Source of the DNA: an uncultured Rhodobacterales bacterium
GTDB lineage: Bacteria > Pseudomonadota > Alphaproteobacteria > Rhodobacterales > Rhodobacteraceae
DNA length: 64,000 nt
Direction of reading: 5' to 3'
Assembly (NCBI GenBank): GCA_963976475.1
Contig: CAXBKX010000016.1
Location: 2,263-66,262 of the forward strand
Shown here: positions 39,490 through 49,610 of the stretch, one piece after another
Layout of the letters: every line of letters begins with the position of its first letter
How positions within the stretch are numbered: the stretch's first letter is position 1
Notes under the pieces: model-generated
Told to the model about the DNA's origin: nothing
What the model saw: only the letters and a program-made list of their open reading frames with translations
Databases searched by the model: none
Translations under genes and position numbers: made by a program

Positions 39490-41069
39490 AACCGATCCGC
39501 CTGATGGCAGGGTTCTTCACCGTCGGCATCTGGACGCTACTTAGCCGCCTGATGGGGTTTGTGCGTGATATCATGATTGCCAGCTACCTGGGCACCGGTC
39601 CCATCGCAGAGGCATTTCTGGTGGCATTTTCTCTGCCCAACCTGTTTCGCCGGTTCTTTGCCGAAGGCGCGTTTAACATGGCCTTTGTGCCGATGTTTTC
39701 CAAGAAACTAGAGGCAGGTGACGACGCGCTGAAATTCGCGCAAGACGCCTTTGTCGGCATGACGTTTATCCTGACGATCTTTACGGTCGTGGGCATCATC
39801 TTCATGCCGCTTCTGGTCACGGCAATGGCCAGCGGCTTTCTCGGCGACACCCGCTTTGATCTGGCGGTCTACTACGGGCGGATTGCCTTTCCCTATATCT
39901 TGTTCATCTCGCTGTCAGCGCTGCTTTCGGGCGTGTTGAACGCAACGGGCCGGTTTGTGGCCGCCGCCGCCGCGCCAGTGTTGCTCAACGTCATTTTCAT
40001 CGGATTTATGATCATGGCCGCAATCGTTTGGACATGGAGCGAGAGCGCAACACAGAGTGCGGAAAACGCAGTGCGCCTGTATGTCGGCGACTGGCTTGCC
40101 ATTGCGGTGCCGGTTGCCGGCCTCGCACAATTGGGGCTGGTCTGGATCGCCGCGGCGCGCGCCGGCTTCTCGATGCGCCTTGGCCTGCCCAAAATGACCC
40201 CCGCGCTCAAACGACTGGCACTGATCGCCGCCCCTGCCGCCCTTGCCGGTGGTGTGGTGCAGATCAACCTGCTGGTTGGCCGCCAGGTTGCCAGCTATTT
40301 CGACGGCGCTGTCGCATGGCTCAACTATGCAGACCGCTTGTATCAACTGCCCTTGGGCGTTGTGGGGATCGCCATCGGGGTCGTGTTACTGCCCGACCTG
40401 TCGCGGCGCTTGCGGGCGGGCGACGAGGCGGGCGGCAAAGACGCGTTCAACCGCGCCAGCGAATTGAGCCTCGCGCTGACCATTCCTGCGGCTGCGGCCC
40501 TGATGGTCATCCCCCTGCCGCTGGTGTCGGTGCTGTTCGAGCGTGGCGCGTTCACCGCCGACGACACCGCCAAGACCGCCCTTGCCGTCGCGATTTACGG
40601 CTTGGGCCTGCCTGCGTTCGTTTTACAAAAAACCCTGCAACCGCTCTATTTCGCGCGCGAAGACACCAAGCGCCCGTTCTATTTCGCGCTGGCCGCGATG
40701 CTGCTGAATGCGGCACTGGCCATTGGATTGTCACCCGTTATCGGCTTTACAGCCGCCGCCATCGGCACATCATTAACGGGTTGGGCGATGGTTGTGATGC
40801 TCTATACCGGCTCGCGCAATATGGGCGAGGCGGCCCGCTTTGACGCACGGTTCCGGGTCCGGCTCTGGCGGATCATCACGGCCTCGGGCGGTATGGCGTT
40901 GTGCCTGCTTGCAGCCTCTGCGCTGCTCACACCCTTCTTGGGCATGGCGACGGTCCGGTATCTGGCACTGCTGGTCCTGGTCGGCACCGGCATCATCAGC
41001 TATTTCGGCATCGGACAGATGATTGGCGCGTTCCAGTTGCGCGACTTCAAACGGGCGATGCGGCGCTAG
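39486..41069 (+). CDS. murJ: Lipid II flippase MurJ (MviN)
   Basis: SRLMGFVRD, PNLFRRFFAEGAF, YADRLYQLPLG. Confidence 0.95.
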   Translation: MKPIRLMAGFFTVGIWTLLSRLMGFVRDIMIASYLGTGPIAEAFLVAFSLPNLFRRFFAEGAFNMAFVPMFSKKLEAGDDALKFAQDAFVGMTFILTIFTVVGIIFMPLLVTAMASGFLGDTRFDLAVYYGRIAFPYILFISLSALLSGVLNATGRFVAAAAAPVLLNVIFIGFMIMAAIVWTWSESATQSAENAVRLYVGDWLAIAVPVAGLAQLGLVWIAAARAGFSMRLGLPKMTPALKRLALIAAPAALAGGVVQINLLVGRQVASYFDGAVAWLNYADRLYQLPLGVVGIAIGVVLLPDLSRRLRAGDEAGGKDAFNRASELSLALTIPAAAALMVIPLPLVSVLFERGAFTADDTAKTALAVAIYGLGLPAFVLQKTLQPLYFAREDTKRPFYFALAAMLLNAALAIGLSPVIGFTAAAIGTSLTGWAMVVMLYTGSRNMGEAARFDARFRVRLWRIITASGGMALCLLAASALLTPFLGMATVRYLALLVLVGTGIISYFGIGQMIGAFQLRDFKRAMRR

Positions 41070-41755
41070 GACCGTTCACGCAACTTGGCCACCAAAGCAG
41101 TCCAGCCCCCCGGTGCCACGACAACCGAGATGCCAAACCCAAAAACAAAGCCCGTCAATTCTGCAATCCACGCAGGGTTATTGCCAAAAATCAGCCCGAA
41201 CACCAACTGTAGCCCCAACAATACCCCGATCAGTTTGAACGCCTGAACCTGGCTTTGCCCGTTCGCCCCCAAATGCGTCCAAAGAATATAGGTATAGGCC
41301 CCGATCAACCCGTAGACCGCAGGGTAAATCCCCAGCAGCGGCGTATTGCCATCGACAAAAATACCAAACACCACCGCGCCAATAATCAACGAGCCGAAAA
41401 ACACGATCAGCACCGAGGTCGCGCGAAACACATCCCCCACAAACTTGCCCAGCGCCAACAATAACGCCGCCGCAAACAGCGCTTGGGTAAAACTGCCATG
41501 CACAAACCCGTAGGTCACAAAGCGTTTGAGCAGACCAAAACTGGTATCACCGACAGCGATCACACGGTCCAGCACCACAGGCGAAAACCCGTAGTCCTGC
41601 ATCGCCGCGATACGCCAGCCAATGCCCTGCGCGCCACCAATCATGCCCGCACCCGCCGCCGTCAAAACCAGCTCCACGCCCACAACAATCAGGCACAATA
41701 GCACAATAACAGGTGGGATCGGGTTTACAGCGGCTTGGGATTGCATTGCGGTCAT
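41066..41755 (-). CDS. Rhomboid family intramembrane protein
   Basis: Multi-[23 protein letters not shown]; catalytic Ser/His not clearly present. Confidence 0.75.
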   Translation of the reverse strand: MTAMQSQAAVNPIPPVIVLLCLIVVGVELVLTAAGAGMIGGAQGIGWRIAAMQDYGFSPVVLDRVIAVGDTSFGLLKRFVTYGFVHGSFTQALFAAALLLALGKFVGDVFRATSVLIVFFGSLIIGAVVFGIFVDGNTPLLGIYPAVYGLIGAYTYILWTHLGANGQSQVQAFKLIGVLLGLQLVFGLIFGNNPAWIAELTGFVFGFGISVVVAPGGWTALVAKLRERS

Positions 41756-41835
41756 CCTTGGGGCGGTTGAAGTTGACGGACAGCTTGTGCATGGGTAAGC
41801 CGATACGACATGAATATCCAGACCGGACTGACCAT

Positions 41836-42852
41836 ATGACACAGACCACTTTTACACCGCGCGTTTTCTCGGGCATCAAACCGTCGGGCGGCTTGCAGCT
41901 TGGCAATTACCTTGGCGCGATCAAACGCTTTGTCGGGATGCAGGGCCAGATGGAAACCATCTATTGCGTGGTGGATATGCACGCGATCACGGTTTGGCAG
42001 GACCCCGCCGAACTGGCCAATGCAACCCGCGAAGTCGCCGCAGGTTATCTTGCGGCGGGCCTTGATCCGACCCAATCGATCCTGTTCAACCAGTCCCAGG
42101 TCTCTGCCCACGCCGAGCTTGGCTGGATCTTCAACTGCGTGGCCCGCGTCGGCTGGATGAACCGGATGACCCAATTCAAGGACAAAGCCGGCGAAAACGC
42201 CGAAAAACACTCTCTGGGTCTCTACGCTTATCCTGCGCTGATGGCCGCTGATATCTTGCTGTATCACGCGACCCATGTGCCGGTGGGCGAGGACCAGAAA
42301 CAACATGTCGAGCTGACACGCGACATCGCCAAGAAATTCAACCACGACTACAAAGTCGACTTTTTCCCCGAAACGACCCCCGTCATCGACGGCCCCGCAA
42401 CCCGCGTGATGAACCTGCGCGACGGCACCAAAAAGATGTCGAAATCCGGGGAAAGCGATATGGAACGCATCAATATGACCGATGATGCCGACAAAATCGC
42501 CAAGAAATTCAAGAAAGCGAAATCAGACGCCGACCCGTTGCCAGACACTGTCGCGGGCTTGGCGGGCCGGCCCGAAGCGCGCAATTTGGTCGATATCTAT
42601 GCCGCCCTGAACGACGTGACCCCGGCCGATGTCATCTCCGAATACGCCGGTGCGCAATGGGGCCGTTTCAAGCCCGCACTGGCCGATCTGGCAGTGGCGA
42701 AACTCGCGCCGATCTCGGGCGAAATGGCGCGCCTGATGTCCGACCCCGCCGAAATCGACCGCATATTGGGTGATGGGGCTGTGCGGGCGCGCGACATCGC
42801 GGCACCAGTTCTGCGCAAAACCTACGATATCGTGGGGATGCTGCGCAGTTAA
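41836..42852 (+). CDS. trpS: Tryptophan--tRNA ligase
   Basis: [48 protein letters not shown]. Confidence 0.97.
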   Translation: MTQTTFTPRVFSGIKPSGGLQLGNYLGAIKRFVGMQGQMETIYCVVDMHAITVWQDPAELANATREVAAGYLAAGLDPTQSILFNQSQVSAHAELGWIFNCVARVGWMNRMTQFKDKAGENAEKHSLGLYAYPALMAADILLYHATHVPVGEDQKQHVELTRDIAKKFNHDYKVDFFPETTPVIDGPATRVMNLRDGTKKMSKSGESDMERINMTDDADKIAKKFKKAKSDADPLPDTVAGLAGRPEARNLVDIYAALNDVTPADVISEYAGAQWGRFKPALADLAVAKLAPISGEMARLMSDPAEIDRILGDGAVRARDIAAPVLRKTYDIVGMLRS

Positions 42853-42945
42853 GCAGCATAAATGCACATCACATGTGATCTTGCGCCACTTATGTGCGCA
42901 CCGCTTTGTTGCTAGATTGCGATCATAGCGACAAAGGAGATCACC

Positions 42946-43422
42946 ATGTCTGCACCAGCAACCGCGCGCATCGGGCACGTCCACCTGAAAGTATCCGACC
43001 TTGGCAAAGCCATCACATTCTACGCCGATGTCTTGGGCTTTCACGTCACCCAACGCTATGGCGCGCAAGCGGCTTTTCTGGCGGCGGGCGACTACCACCA
43101 CCACATCGGGTTGAACACATGGGAAAGCCTTGGCGCAACCCCGCCCCCCGCAGGGCACACGGGGCTGTATCACACTGCATTTCTGTTCCCCGATCGGGCG
43201 TCTTTGGGCGCGGTTATCAAACGGGTTCTGGACGCGGGTTACGCGCTGGACGGGGCGGCAGACCATGGTGTTTCCGAGGCGGTCTATCTGCGTGACCCAG
43301 ACCAGAACGGCGTCGAGCTCTACGTCGATAAACCCATGGCGCAATGGCCGCGCGGCTCTGATGGCACACTTGCAATGTCCAATGCCCGCCTTGACGTCGC
43401 AGCCCTCGTGGCACTGGCCTGA
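42946..43422 (+). CDS. VOC (glyoxalase/CatE-like) family protein
   Basis: IGHVHLKV, FLAAGDYHHHIGLNTW, GLYHTA, DHGVSEAVYLRDPD. Confidence 0.9.
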   Translation: MSAPATARIGHVHLKVSDLGKAITFYADVLGFHVTQRYGAQAAFLAAGDYHHHIGLNTWESLGATPPPAGHTGLYHTAFLFPDRASLGAVIKRVLDAGYALDGAADHGVSEAVYLRDPDQNGVELYVDKPMAQWPRGSDGTLAMSNARLDVAALVALA

Positions 43423-43480
43423 CGATCACCAGTTGCCAGCTTGCCCGCCTTCCTGCACTATCGGCCAAAACAAGGGGACG

Positions 43481-43939
43481 ATGATGCGCAAGTTTTTGGT
43501 GGTGCTGGACGACAGTCGGGAATGCCTGAACGCGATGCGTTTTGCCGCAATGCGGGCGGCACATTCTGGTGGCGGCGTTGCCGTGCTTTGCGTCATTCCG
43601 CCAGATGAGTTCAATCACTGGATTGGCGTGTCCGAAATCATGCGCGCCGAAGCCCGCGAGCGCATTGAAGTCCACTTCGAAGTCTTTGCCAAATGGATGC
43701 GGGACAAACAAAACGTGGACCCCGAACTGGTGATCCGCGAAGGTGAGCCGCTCACAGAAATCATGGCACAAATCAATGAAGACTCCGATATCGGGGTGCT
43801 GGTTCTGGGTGCTGCAAGTGATAACAAAGGCCCCGGACCGCTTGTCACCGCGCTGTCGCGTCAGGCCGGCACACTGCCCGTTCCGGTGACGATCGTCCCC
43901 GAGGACCTGTCCAAAGAGCGCCTCGAAGCGATCACCTGA
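43481..43939 (+). CDS. Universal stress protein
   Basis: RKFLVVLDDS, VIREGEP, VLVLGA, GPGPLV, PVTIVP. Confidence 0.88.
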   Translation: MMRKFLVVLDDSRECLNAMRFAAMRAAHSGGGVAVLCVIPPDEFNHWIGVSEIMRAEARERIEVHFEVFAKWMRDKQNVDPELVIREGEPLTEIMAQINEDSDIGVLVLGAASDNKGPGPLVTALSRQAGTLPVPVTIVPEDLSKERLEAIT

Positions 43940-43970
43940 AACCGTCGCATCCCTATGACCGGCAAAAACC

Positions 43971-43994
43971 AACGGCGTTCGCGCCGTTTTTTTG
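43971..43994 (+). terminator. Rho-independent terminator after usp
   Basis: aacggcg-ttcg-cgccgtt followed by a T tract. Confidence 0.8.
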
Positions 43995-44378
43995 TGCGTT
44001 TTGATACCCGCCATCGCGCCCCGCGCTCACAGCGCCGCGATCGGGCAGACATAAACACAAAAAAATTCTGATCACGCTTTTGCGCCGACGGTGAAATCGT
44101 GAACGACGGAAATTGGCAGAGCCTGCATCAGCGCCTCAAACCACCGTGGAAAACCCAAGTTTCCATGCAAGCGCGCAGGGCCAATGTGCATAAAAAACCA
44201 ACGCGCGCCACGCCCCGACGACCTGCGATTTCAAGAGGTCACTACGATCACAATCGCGTCTCTTTTTCGTGACGCCCCGCCCCCTTTCGGATCATCACCG
44301 GATGCCTCATCTCTCAATCACCGAAAGCGGCAATCGTCGCAATCGCAAACAAATCAACACCTTAGAAAGGTAGAAACT

Positions 44379-44720
44379 ATGTCACTCAAGACCCTCGCAC
44401 TCATCGCTGCAACTGTTGCTGCGACGGCGTCATTCGCATCTGCCGCTTCCGCTGGAAGCTTCTTTGAGGCCGGCAACGCGATCAACAACGGTCCCGTCCT
44501 CGAGATTGGTTACGTTCAATCAGACAGCGACGGTGTGCTCGCAATCTACAACTACTCCGCGGGCGTTCAGGGCACTTTGGTTGGTAAGACAGCGGTAAAA
44601 GCTGGTGCAAACCCAAGCGTTGAAATCAATGCTGACCGCGTCGTCGCAGGCGACGTCATTGCTGTTTTGGAAGTGAACGGTCAGGCCGTTGCAACCAAGA
44701 CCCTGACCATCAACCAGTAA
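44379..44720 (+). CDS. Small secreted hypothetical protein (113 aa)
   Basis: AGAAAGG RBS, Ala-rich signal peptide MSLKTLALIAATVAATASFASA, beta-strand-rich mature part. Confidence 0.8.
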   Translation: MSLKTLALIAATVAATASFASAASAGSFFEAGNAINNGPVLEIGYVQSDSDGVLAIYNYSAGVQGTLVGKTAVKAGANPSVEINADRVVAGDVIAVLEVNGQAVATKTLTINQ

Positions 44721-44862
44721 GCAGACCCTTCAACCGCTCGACTGAAATTATCGCGTTGGCCTTCCTCCCCAGGTCAACGCGTATACGTTTAGAATCATTC
44801 CAAACCTTGACGCCACGCACCGGCAGGCGCATATCTGGTATCTAGATAGAAAGGTTGATCCA

Positions 44863-45426
44863 ATGTTCATCCAGACAGAATCCACGCCAAACCCTGCGAC
44901 CCTCAAATTCCTGCCCGGCCAGACTGTGCTTGAAATGGGCACCGCTGACTTCCCGACGCTTGAGGCGGGACAAGCCTCGCCCTTGGCCAAGCGCATTTTT
45001 GCCACCGGCAGCGTGACGGGCGTGTTCTTTGGCAATGACTTTGTGACAGTGACCAAAGCGGACGCGGTCGTCTGGGACCATATCAAACCCGCGATCCTTG
45101 GCGCGATCATGGAACATTACCAGTCCGGTCAGCCCGTGATCGGCGAGAACCAAGCCCCCGCCTCTGGCCACGCCGAACACTCTGGCGAAGACGGCGCAAT
45201 CGTCGAACAGATCAAAGAATTGCTCGACACCCGGGTCCGCCCCGCGGTGGCGCAAGACGGCGGTGACATCACATTTCACGGCTTCGAGCGCGGCGTGGTC
45301 TACCTGCACATGCAAGGCGCCTGCGCGGGCTGCCCATCCTCGACACTGACCTTGAAAATGGGCATCGAGAACCTGCTGCGGCACTACATCCCCGAAGTGG
45401 TCGAAGTGCGCCCCGTCGCGGCCTAA
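44863..45426 (+). CDS. nfuA: NifU/NfuA family Fe-S carrier
   Basis: MFIQTESTPNPATLKFLPG, VRPAVAQDGGDI, GACAGCPSS. Confidence 0.93.
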   Translation: MFIQTESTPNPATLKFLPGQTVLEMGTADFPTLEAGQASPLAKRIFATGSVTGVFFGNDFVTVTKADAVVWDHIKPAILGAIMEHYQSGQPVIGENQAPASGHAEHSGEDGAIVEQIKELLDTRVRPAVAQDGGDITFHGFERGVVYLHMQGACAGCPSSTLTLKMGIENLLRHYIPEVVEVRPVAA

Positions 45427-45429
45427 GCC

Positions 45430-45711
45430 ATGCCTAAGATCGAAGTCGAAAACGTCAACGCTCCTGATCACAAGGTCAAACTGAACGCCGGAAAATACGG
45501 CGCGATGTATGGTGCAATGATGGCGGTGATATCGTCCAGGCCGGTGAGCTACGCCGCGATCAAACAAGGCGTTTTGCCGCTTTTGCCGCAGGACCACTTT
45601 CCCGACGGCGCGACCGCAGGCTGGTGGATCAAATCTGTGCAGCTTGATCTCGAAGCCAAAGGCGTGCTGATCCGACACAACACCAAACCGCTGACATGGT
45701 CAAAAGCGTGA
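45430..45711 (+). CDS. Conserved hypothetical protein (DUF6958-like)
   Basis: FPDGATAGWWIKSVQLDLEAKG; coupled to both neighbours; family name recalled, not searched. Confidence 0.7.
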   Translation: MPKIEVENVNAPDHKVKLNAGKYGAMYGAMMAVISSRPVSYAAIKQGVLPLLPQDHFPDGATAGWWIKSVQLDLEAKGVLIRHNTKPLTWSKA

Positions 45712-46397
45712 TCCACCCCGTTATTCTTGGCCTCGATACGTCAGGCCATCACTGCGCCGTGGCGCTGCGATGGGGTGACGATCAGGTCGCGCATATCACG
45801 CAAGACATGGCGAAAGGACAAGCCGAGCGACTGTTGCCCATGGTGCAAAACCTGATGGATCAGGAAGGCTACGACTGGTCCGACCTCGACGCGGTGGCTG
45901 TGGGCATCGGGCCTGGCAACTTTACCGGTATCCGCATCGGCGTTTCTGCGGCGCGCGGCCTTGCGCTGGCTCTGGATATCCCCGCGATCGGGGTCTCGAG
46001 CTTCGAGCTGTTGCGCGGCGCGCATCCGACAGGCCACGCGCGTCAACTGATCAGCCTGCCGGCGCCTCGCGGCACCGTTTATGTGCAAACCTTTGACACC
46101 GCGGTTGCCACAGGACCCGCCGAACACCTGACCCCGACCGCCCAAGGGCTTTTTGGTTTCACGCTGGCAGACGATACGGAAATTCTTGGGGATAGCGCCG
46201 AGACCCTCCGGGCTTTGCTGTCCACGACCACCCAGCCCGCTTGTGTCGCCGCAGAGCTTTCACAAATCGGTCCAACTCTTGTGCGCATCGCAACTGACAA
46301 GTTTGCGCAAGGCCACCATAGCGCACCCGCCCCGCTTTATGTGCGCGACGCTGACGCCGCCCCACCACGTGATCCGGCACCCGTGATCCTGCCATGA
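45708..46397 (+). CDS. tsaB: tRNA threonylcarbamoyladenosine biosynthesis protein TsaB
   Basis: LGLDTS, GQAERLLP, VGIGPGNFTGIRIGVSAARGL, APLYVR. Confidence 0.93.
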   Translation: MIHPVILGLDTSGHHCAVALRWGDDQVAHITQDMAKGQAERLLPMVQNLMDQEGYDWSDLDAVAVGIGPGNFTGIRIGVSAARGLALALDIPAIGVSSFELLRGAHPTGHARQLISLPAPRGTVYVQTFDTAVATGPAEHLTPTAQGLFGFTLADDTEILGDSAETLRALLSTTTQPACVAAELSQIGPTLVRIATDKFAQGHHSAPAPLYVRDADAAPPRDPAPVILP

Positions 46398-46804
46398 CCG
46401 CCGCCGCTCTTGCGCAAACACATGCGGCGGCATTTGCCGATACGCGGCCTTGGTCAGAGGACGAATTTGCCAGCCTTCTGGACCAAACAGGTGTGATTCT
46501 TTGTGGTGACGCAAAGTCATTTGTGCTCGGACGGGTGATCGGCGACGAGGCAGAGGTGCTCACCCTTGCCACCCACCCCGATCTGACGCGACAAGGGCTA
46601 GCCCAGATCCAGCTTGATGCCTTTTTAAGCGCCGCGCACCTGCGTGGGGCACTTTGGGTATTTCTTGAAGTGGCTGAAGACAATGTTGCCGCCAAGTCAC
46701 TGTATTTTAAAAATAAATTCCACGCATCAGGGCATAGACCAGCCTACTACCGGCGCGGCGACGGAACCAAAGTGGGCGCAGATGTGCTGCGCCGCGCACT
46801 TTGA
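46394..46804 (+). CDS. RimI-like GNAT acetyltransferase
   Basis: RPWSEDEF, EAEVLTLAT, FLEVAEDN, RPAYY; follows tsaB. Confidence 0.85.
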   Translation: MTAAALAQTHAAAFADTRPWSEDEFASLLDQTGVILCGDAKSFVLGRVIGDEAEVLTLATHPDLTRQGLAQIQLDAFLSAAHLRGALWVFLEVAEDNVAAKSLYFKNKFHASGHRPAYYRRGDGTKVGADVLRRAL

Positions 46805-46836
46805 CCCCTCACTCCATCACGTAACGCCCATACAAA

Positions 46837-46852
46837 TTGACCAATCGGTCAA
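46837..46852. promoter_or_regulatory. RutR-like operator TTGACCAATCGGTCAA upstream of the nucleoside ABC operon
   Basis: TTGACC-N4-GGTCAA perfect inverted repeat; one mismatch from the E. coli RutR box TTGACCAnnTGGTCAA. Confidence 0.65.
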
Positions 46853-46999
46853 AATTAACACCCCTCTCCAGAAAACTGGTTGACCCGCGCGCGCCATCAG
46901 GGCCTTATCTGTCAATGAACCGACAAAGATCGGCTCGGCTTTCGGGGGGAAGGCAAGGTGCACTCCCCTCAATAACCAAAGACCTGGGAGACTAACCTT

Positions 47000-47995
47000 A
47001 TGACCCTTATGCATAAAATGCTTGGCGCGACGGCTGTAATGGCACTGTCGGCTGGCGCGGCACTCGCGCAACCTGCAATCATTTTCGACCTTGGCGGCAA
47101 GTTCGACAAATCCTTCAACGAATCTGCCTTCACCGGCGCACAGCGTTGGGCAGATGAAACCGGCGGCTCGTTTGATGAGGTCGAGTTACAGTCGGACGCC
47201 CAGCGTGAACAGGCGCTGCGCCGCTTTGCCGAAAACGGCAACAATCCGATCGTCATGGCTGGTTTCGCCTTCGCCACAGCACTTGAAGAAGTGGCTGGCG
47301 ACTATCCGGACACCAAGTTCCAGATCATCGACATGGTCGTTGACGCACCAAACGTGCGCTCGGTTGTTTTCGCTGAAGAGCAGGGCTCCTACCTCGTTGG
47401 TATGGCTGCGGCAATGGCCTCCAAAACCGGCACCATCGGTTTCATCGGCGGCATGGACATCCCGCTGATCCGTAACTTCGCTTGTGGTTATGCACAGGGC
47501 GCAAAAGCGGCCAATGCAGACATCACTGTTCTTTCCAACATGACGGGCACAACACCTGCCGCATGGAACGACCCGGTCAAAGGCTCCGAGCTGACACTGG
47601 CGCAGAAATCCCAAGGCGCTGACGTGGTTTACGCAGCCGCTGGCGGCACAGGCGTGGGCGTTCTGCAAACGGCCGCCGACAATGACATGCTGTCCATCGG
47701 CGTCGACAGCAACCAGAACTACCTGCACCCGGGCAAAGTGCTGACCTCGATGATGAAGCGTGTTGATAACGCGGTTTACGACGCATTCACGGCAGGTGAT
47801 GCGCTGGAATCCGGCTTCAACGTCATGGGCCTCAATAACGGCGGCGTGGGCTATGCATTGGACGACAACAACGCGTCGCTGATCACCGCCGATATGAAAG
47901 CCGCACTTGATGCCGCAGAAGCCTCGATCATTTCGGGCGACATCATGGTCCAGAACTACAACACCGACGAAACCTGCGCTGCGCTTGACTTTTAA
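47000..47995 (+). CDS. BMP family (nucleoside) ABC transporter substrate-binding protein
   Basis: GGKFDKSFNESA, FAEEQGSYLVG, GFIGGMDIPLI, AAGGTG, IGVDSNQ, KRVDNAVY. Confidence 0.92.
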   Translation: MTLMHKMLGATAVMALSAGAALAQPAIIFDLGGKFDKSFNESAFTGAQRWADETGGSFDEVELQSDAQREQALRRFAENGNNPIVMAGFAFATALEEVAGDYPDTKFQIIDMVVDAPNVRSVVFAEEQGSYLVGMAAAMASKTGTIGFIGGMDIPLIRNFACGYAQGAKAANADITVLSNMTGTTPAAWNDPVKGSELTLAQKSQGADVVYAAAGGTGVGVLQTAADNDMLSIGVDSNQNYLHPGKVLTSMMKRVDNAVYDAFTAGDALESGFNVMGLNNGGVGYALDDNNASLITADMKAALDAAEASIISGDIMVQNYNTDETCAALDF

Positions 47996-48016
47996 GTCAG
48001 CCTGACAAGGCCAAAC

Positions 48017-48048
48017 ATGGGGCCGCGCCATCATCGGTGCGGCCCCAT
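48017..48048 (+). other. Intercistronic stem-loop after the binding-protein gene
   Basis: atggggccgc...gcggccccat perfect 10-bp stem, no T tract. Confidence 0.6.
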
Positions 48049-48074
48049 CGCATTCCCCCGACAGCGGTGACCCC

Positions 48075-49610
48075 ATGACCCAAAGCCCAGCCATCGAGCT
48101 CAAAGGCATCTCAAAAGCCTTCGGCCCCGTGCAAGCCAACAAAGACATCTCGATCCGCGTGATGCCCGGCACGATCCACGGGATCATCGGCGAAAACGGG
48201 GCGGGCAAATCCACGCTCATGTCGATCCTGTATGGCTTTTACAAAGCCGACAAAGGCGAGATTTTCATCGCGGGCAAACTGACCCAGATCCCCGACAGCC
48301 AAGCAGCCATTGCAGCAGGCATCGGCATGGTGTTCCAGCACTTCAAACTGGTCGAAAATTTTACGGTGCTGGAAAACGTGGTGCTTGGCGCCGAAGACAG
48401 CGGGCTGCTCGGGCCCTCTCTCGCGCGTGCGCGCCGTGAGCTGAAAGCACTGGCTGACGAATATGAATTGAATGTCGATCCGGACGCGGTAATCGAAGAC
48501 ATCGGCGTGGGGATGCAGCAGCGCGTTGAAATCCTCAAGGCGCTTTACCGCAAGGCCGATATCCTGATCCTCGACGAGCCGACAGGCGTGCTGACCCCTG
48601 CCGAGGCCGACCAGCTTTTCCGCATTCTCGAGCGGCTCAAGGCCGAGGGCAAAACCATCATCCTGATCACCCACAAACTGCGCGAAATCATGGATACCAC
48701 CGACACGGTCAGCGTGATGCGGCGCGGCGAAATGACCGCCACGGTGAAAACCTCCGAGACAAATCCCGCGCATCTGGCCGAATTGATGGTCGGGCGCAAA
48801 GTGCTGCTGCGGGTCGAAAAGACGCCGGCCCAAACCGGTAAAACCATTCTTGATATCAAAGACCTCAACGTCACCGACGAAAAAGGCGTGCACCGGCTCA
48901 AAGGCATCAACCTGACCGTGAAAGCCGGCGAAATTCTCGGCATCGCAGGGGTCGCAGGCAACGGCCAATCCGAACTTCTCGAAGTGCTGGGCGGCTACGA
49001 GAAAGCCACAGGCACAATCACCATCAATGGCGAACCGCTTGACCTGACGGGCGCCCATTCCGACGGGCGCTCGCGGCGGGCCCGCGGTATTGCACATGTG
49101 CCGGAGGACCGGCAGCGCGAAGGGCTGATCATGGATTATACCGCGTGGGAAAACGTGGCCTTCGGCTATCACCACGACCCGAAATACCAGCGCGGCATGT
49201 TCATGGATAATGCGGCGATCAAGGCCGATACCCTCGCGAAAATGGAGCGATTTGATGTGCGCCCCCCTGATCCGAAACTTGCTGCAAAAAGTTTCTCGGG
49301 TGGCAACCAGCAAAAGATCGTTCTGGCCCGCGAAATGGAACGCAACCCCGACCTGTTGCTGATCGGGCAACCCACGCGCGGCGTCGACATCGGGGCGATC
49401 GAATTCATCCACCAGCAAATCGTGGCCCTGCGCGACCAAGGCAAAGCGATCCTTCTGGTCTCGGTCGAGCTTGAAGAGATTTTGTCGCTCTCGGACCGTA
49501 TCGCCGTCATGTTCGACGGTCGCATGATGGGCGAACGGCTGCCCGCAGACACCGACGAAAAAGAGCTTGGCCTGATGATGGCCGGCATGACCAAAGGGGA
49601 AGCCGCGTAA
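48075..49610 (+). CDS. Nucleoside/sugar (CUT2) ABC transporter ATP-binding protein
   Basis: GENGAGKST, LILDEPT, FSGGNQQK; fused double ATPase. Confidence 0.95.
   Translation: MTQSPAIELKGISKAFGPVQANKDISIRVMPGTIHGIIGENGAGKSTLMSILYGFYKADKGEIFIAGKLTQIPDSQAAIAAGIGMVFQHFKLVENFTVLENVVLGAEDSGLLGPSLARARRELKALADEYELNVDPDAVIEDIGVGMQQRVEILKALYRKADILILDEPTGVLTPAEADQLFRILERLKAEGKTIILITHKLREIMDTTDTVSVMRRGEMTATVKTSETNPAHLAELMVGRKVLLRVEKTPAQTGKTILDIKDLNVTDEKGVHRLKGINLTVKAGEILGIAGVAGNGQSELLEVLGGYEKATGTITINGEPLDLTGAHSDGRSRRARGIAHVPEDRQREGLIMDYTAWENVAFGYHHDPKYQRGMFMDNAAIKADTLAKMERFDVRPPDPKLAAKSFSGGNQQKIVLAREMERNPDLLLIGQPTRGVDIGAIEFIHQQIVALRDQGKAILLVSVELEEILSLSDRIAVMFDGRMMGERLPADTDEKELGLMMAGMTKGEAA

Noticed and set aside
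41866-41910. TrpS HIGH-motif variant ([10 protein letters not shown])
   Set aside because: This motif is known to be variable in TrpRS (for example TIGN) and all other motifs are intact
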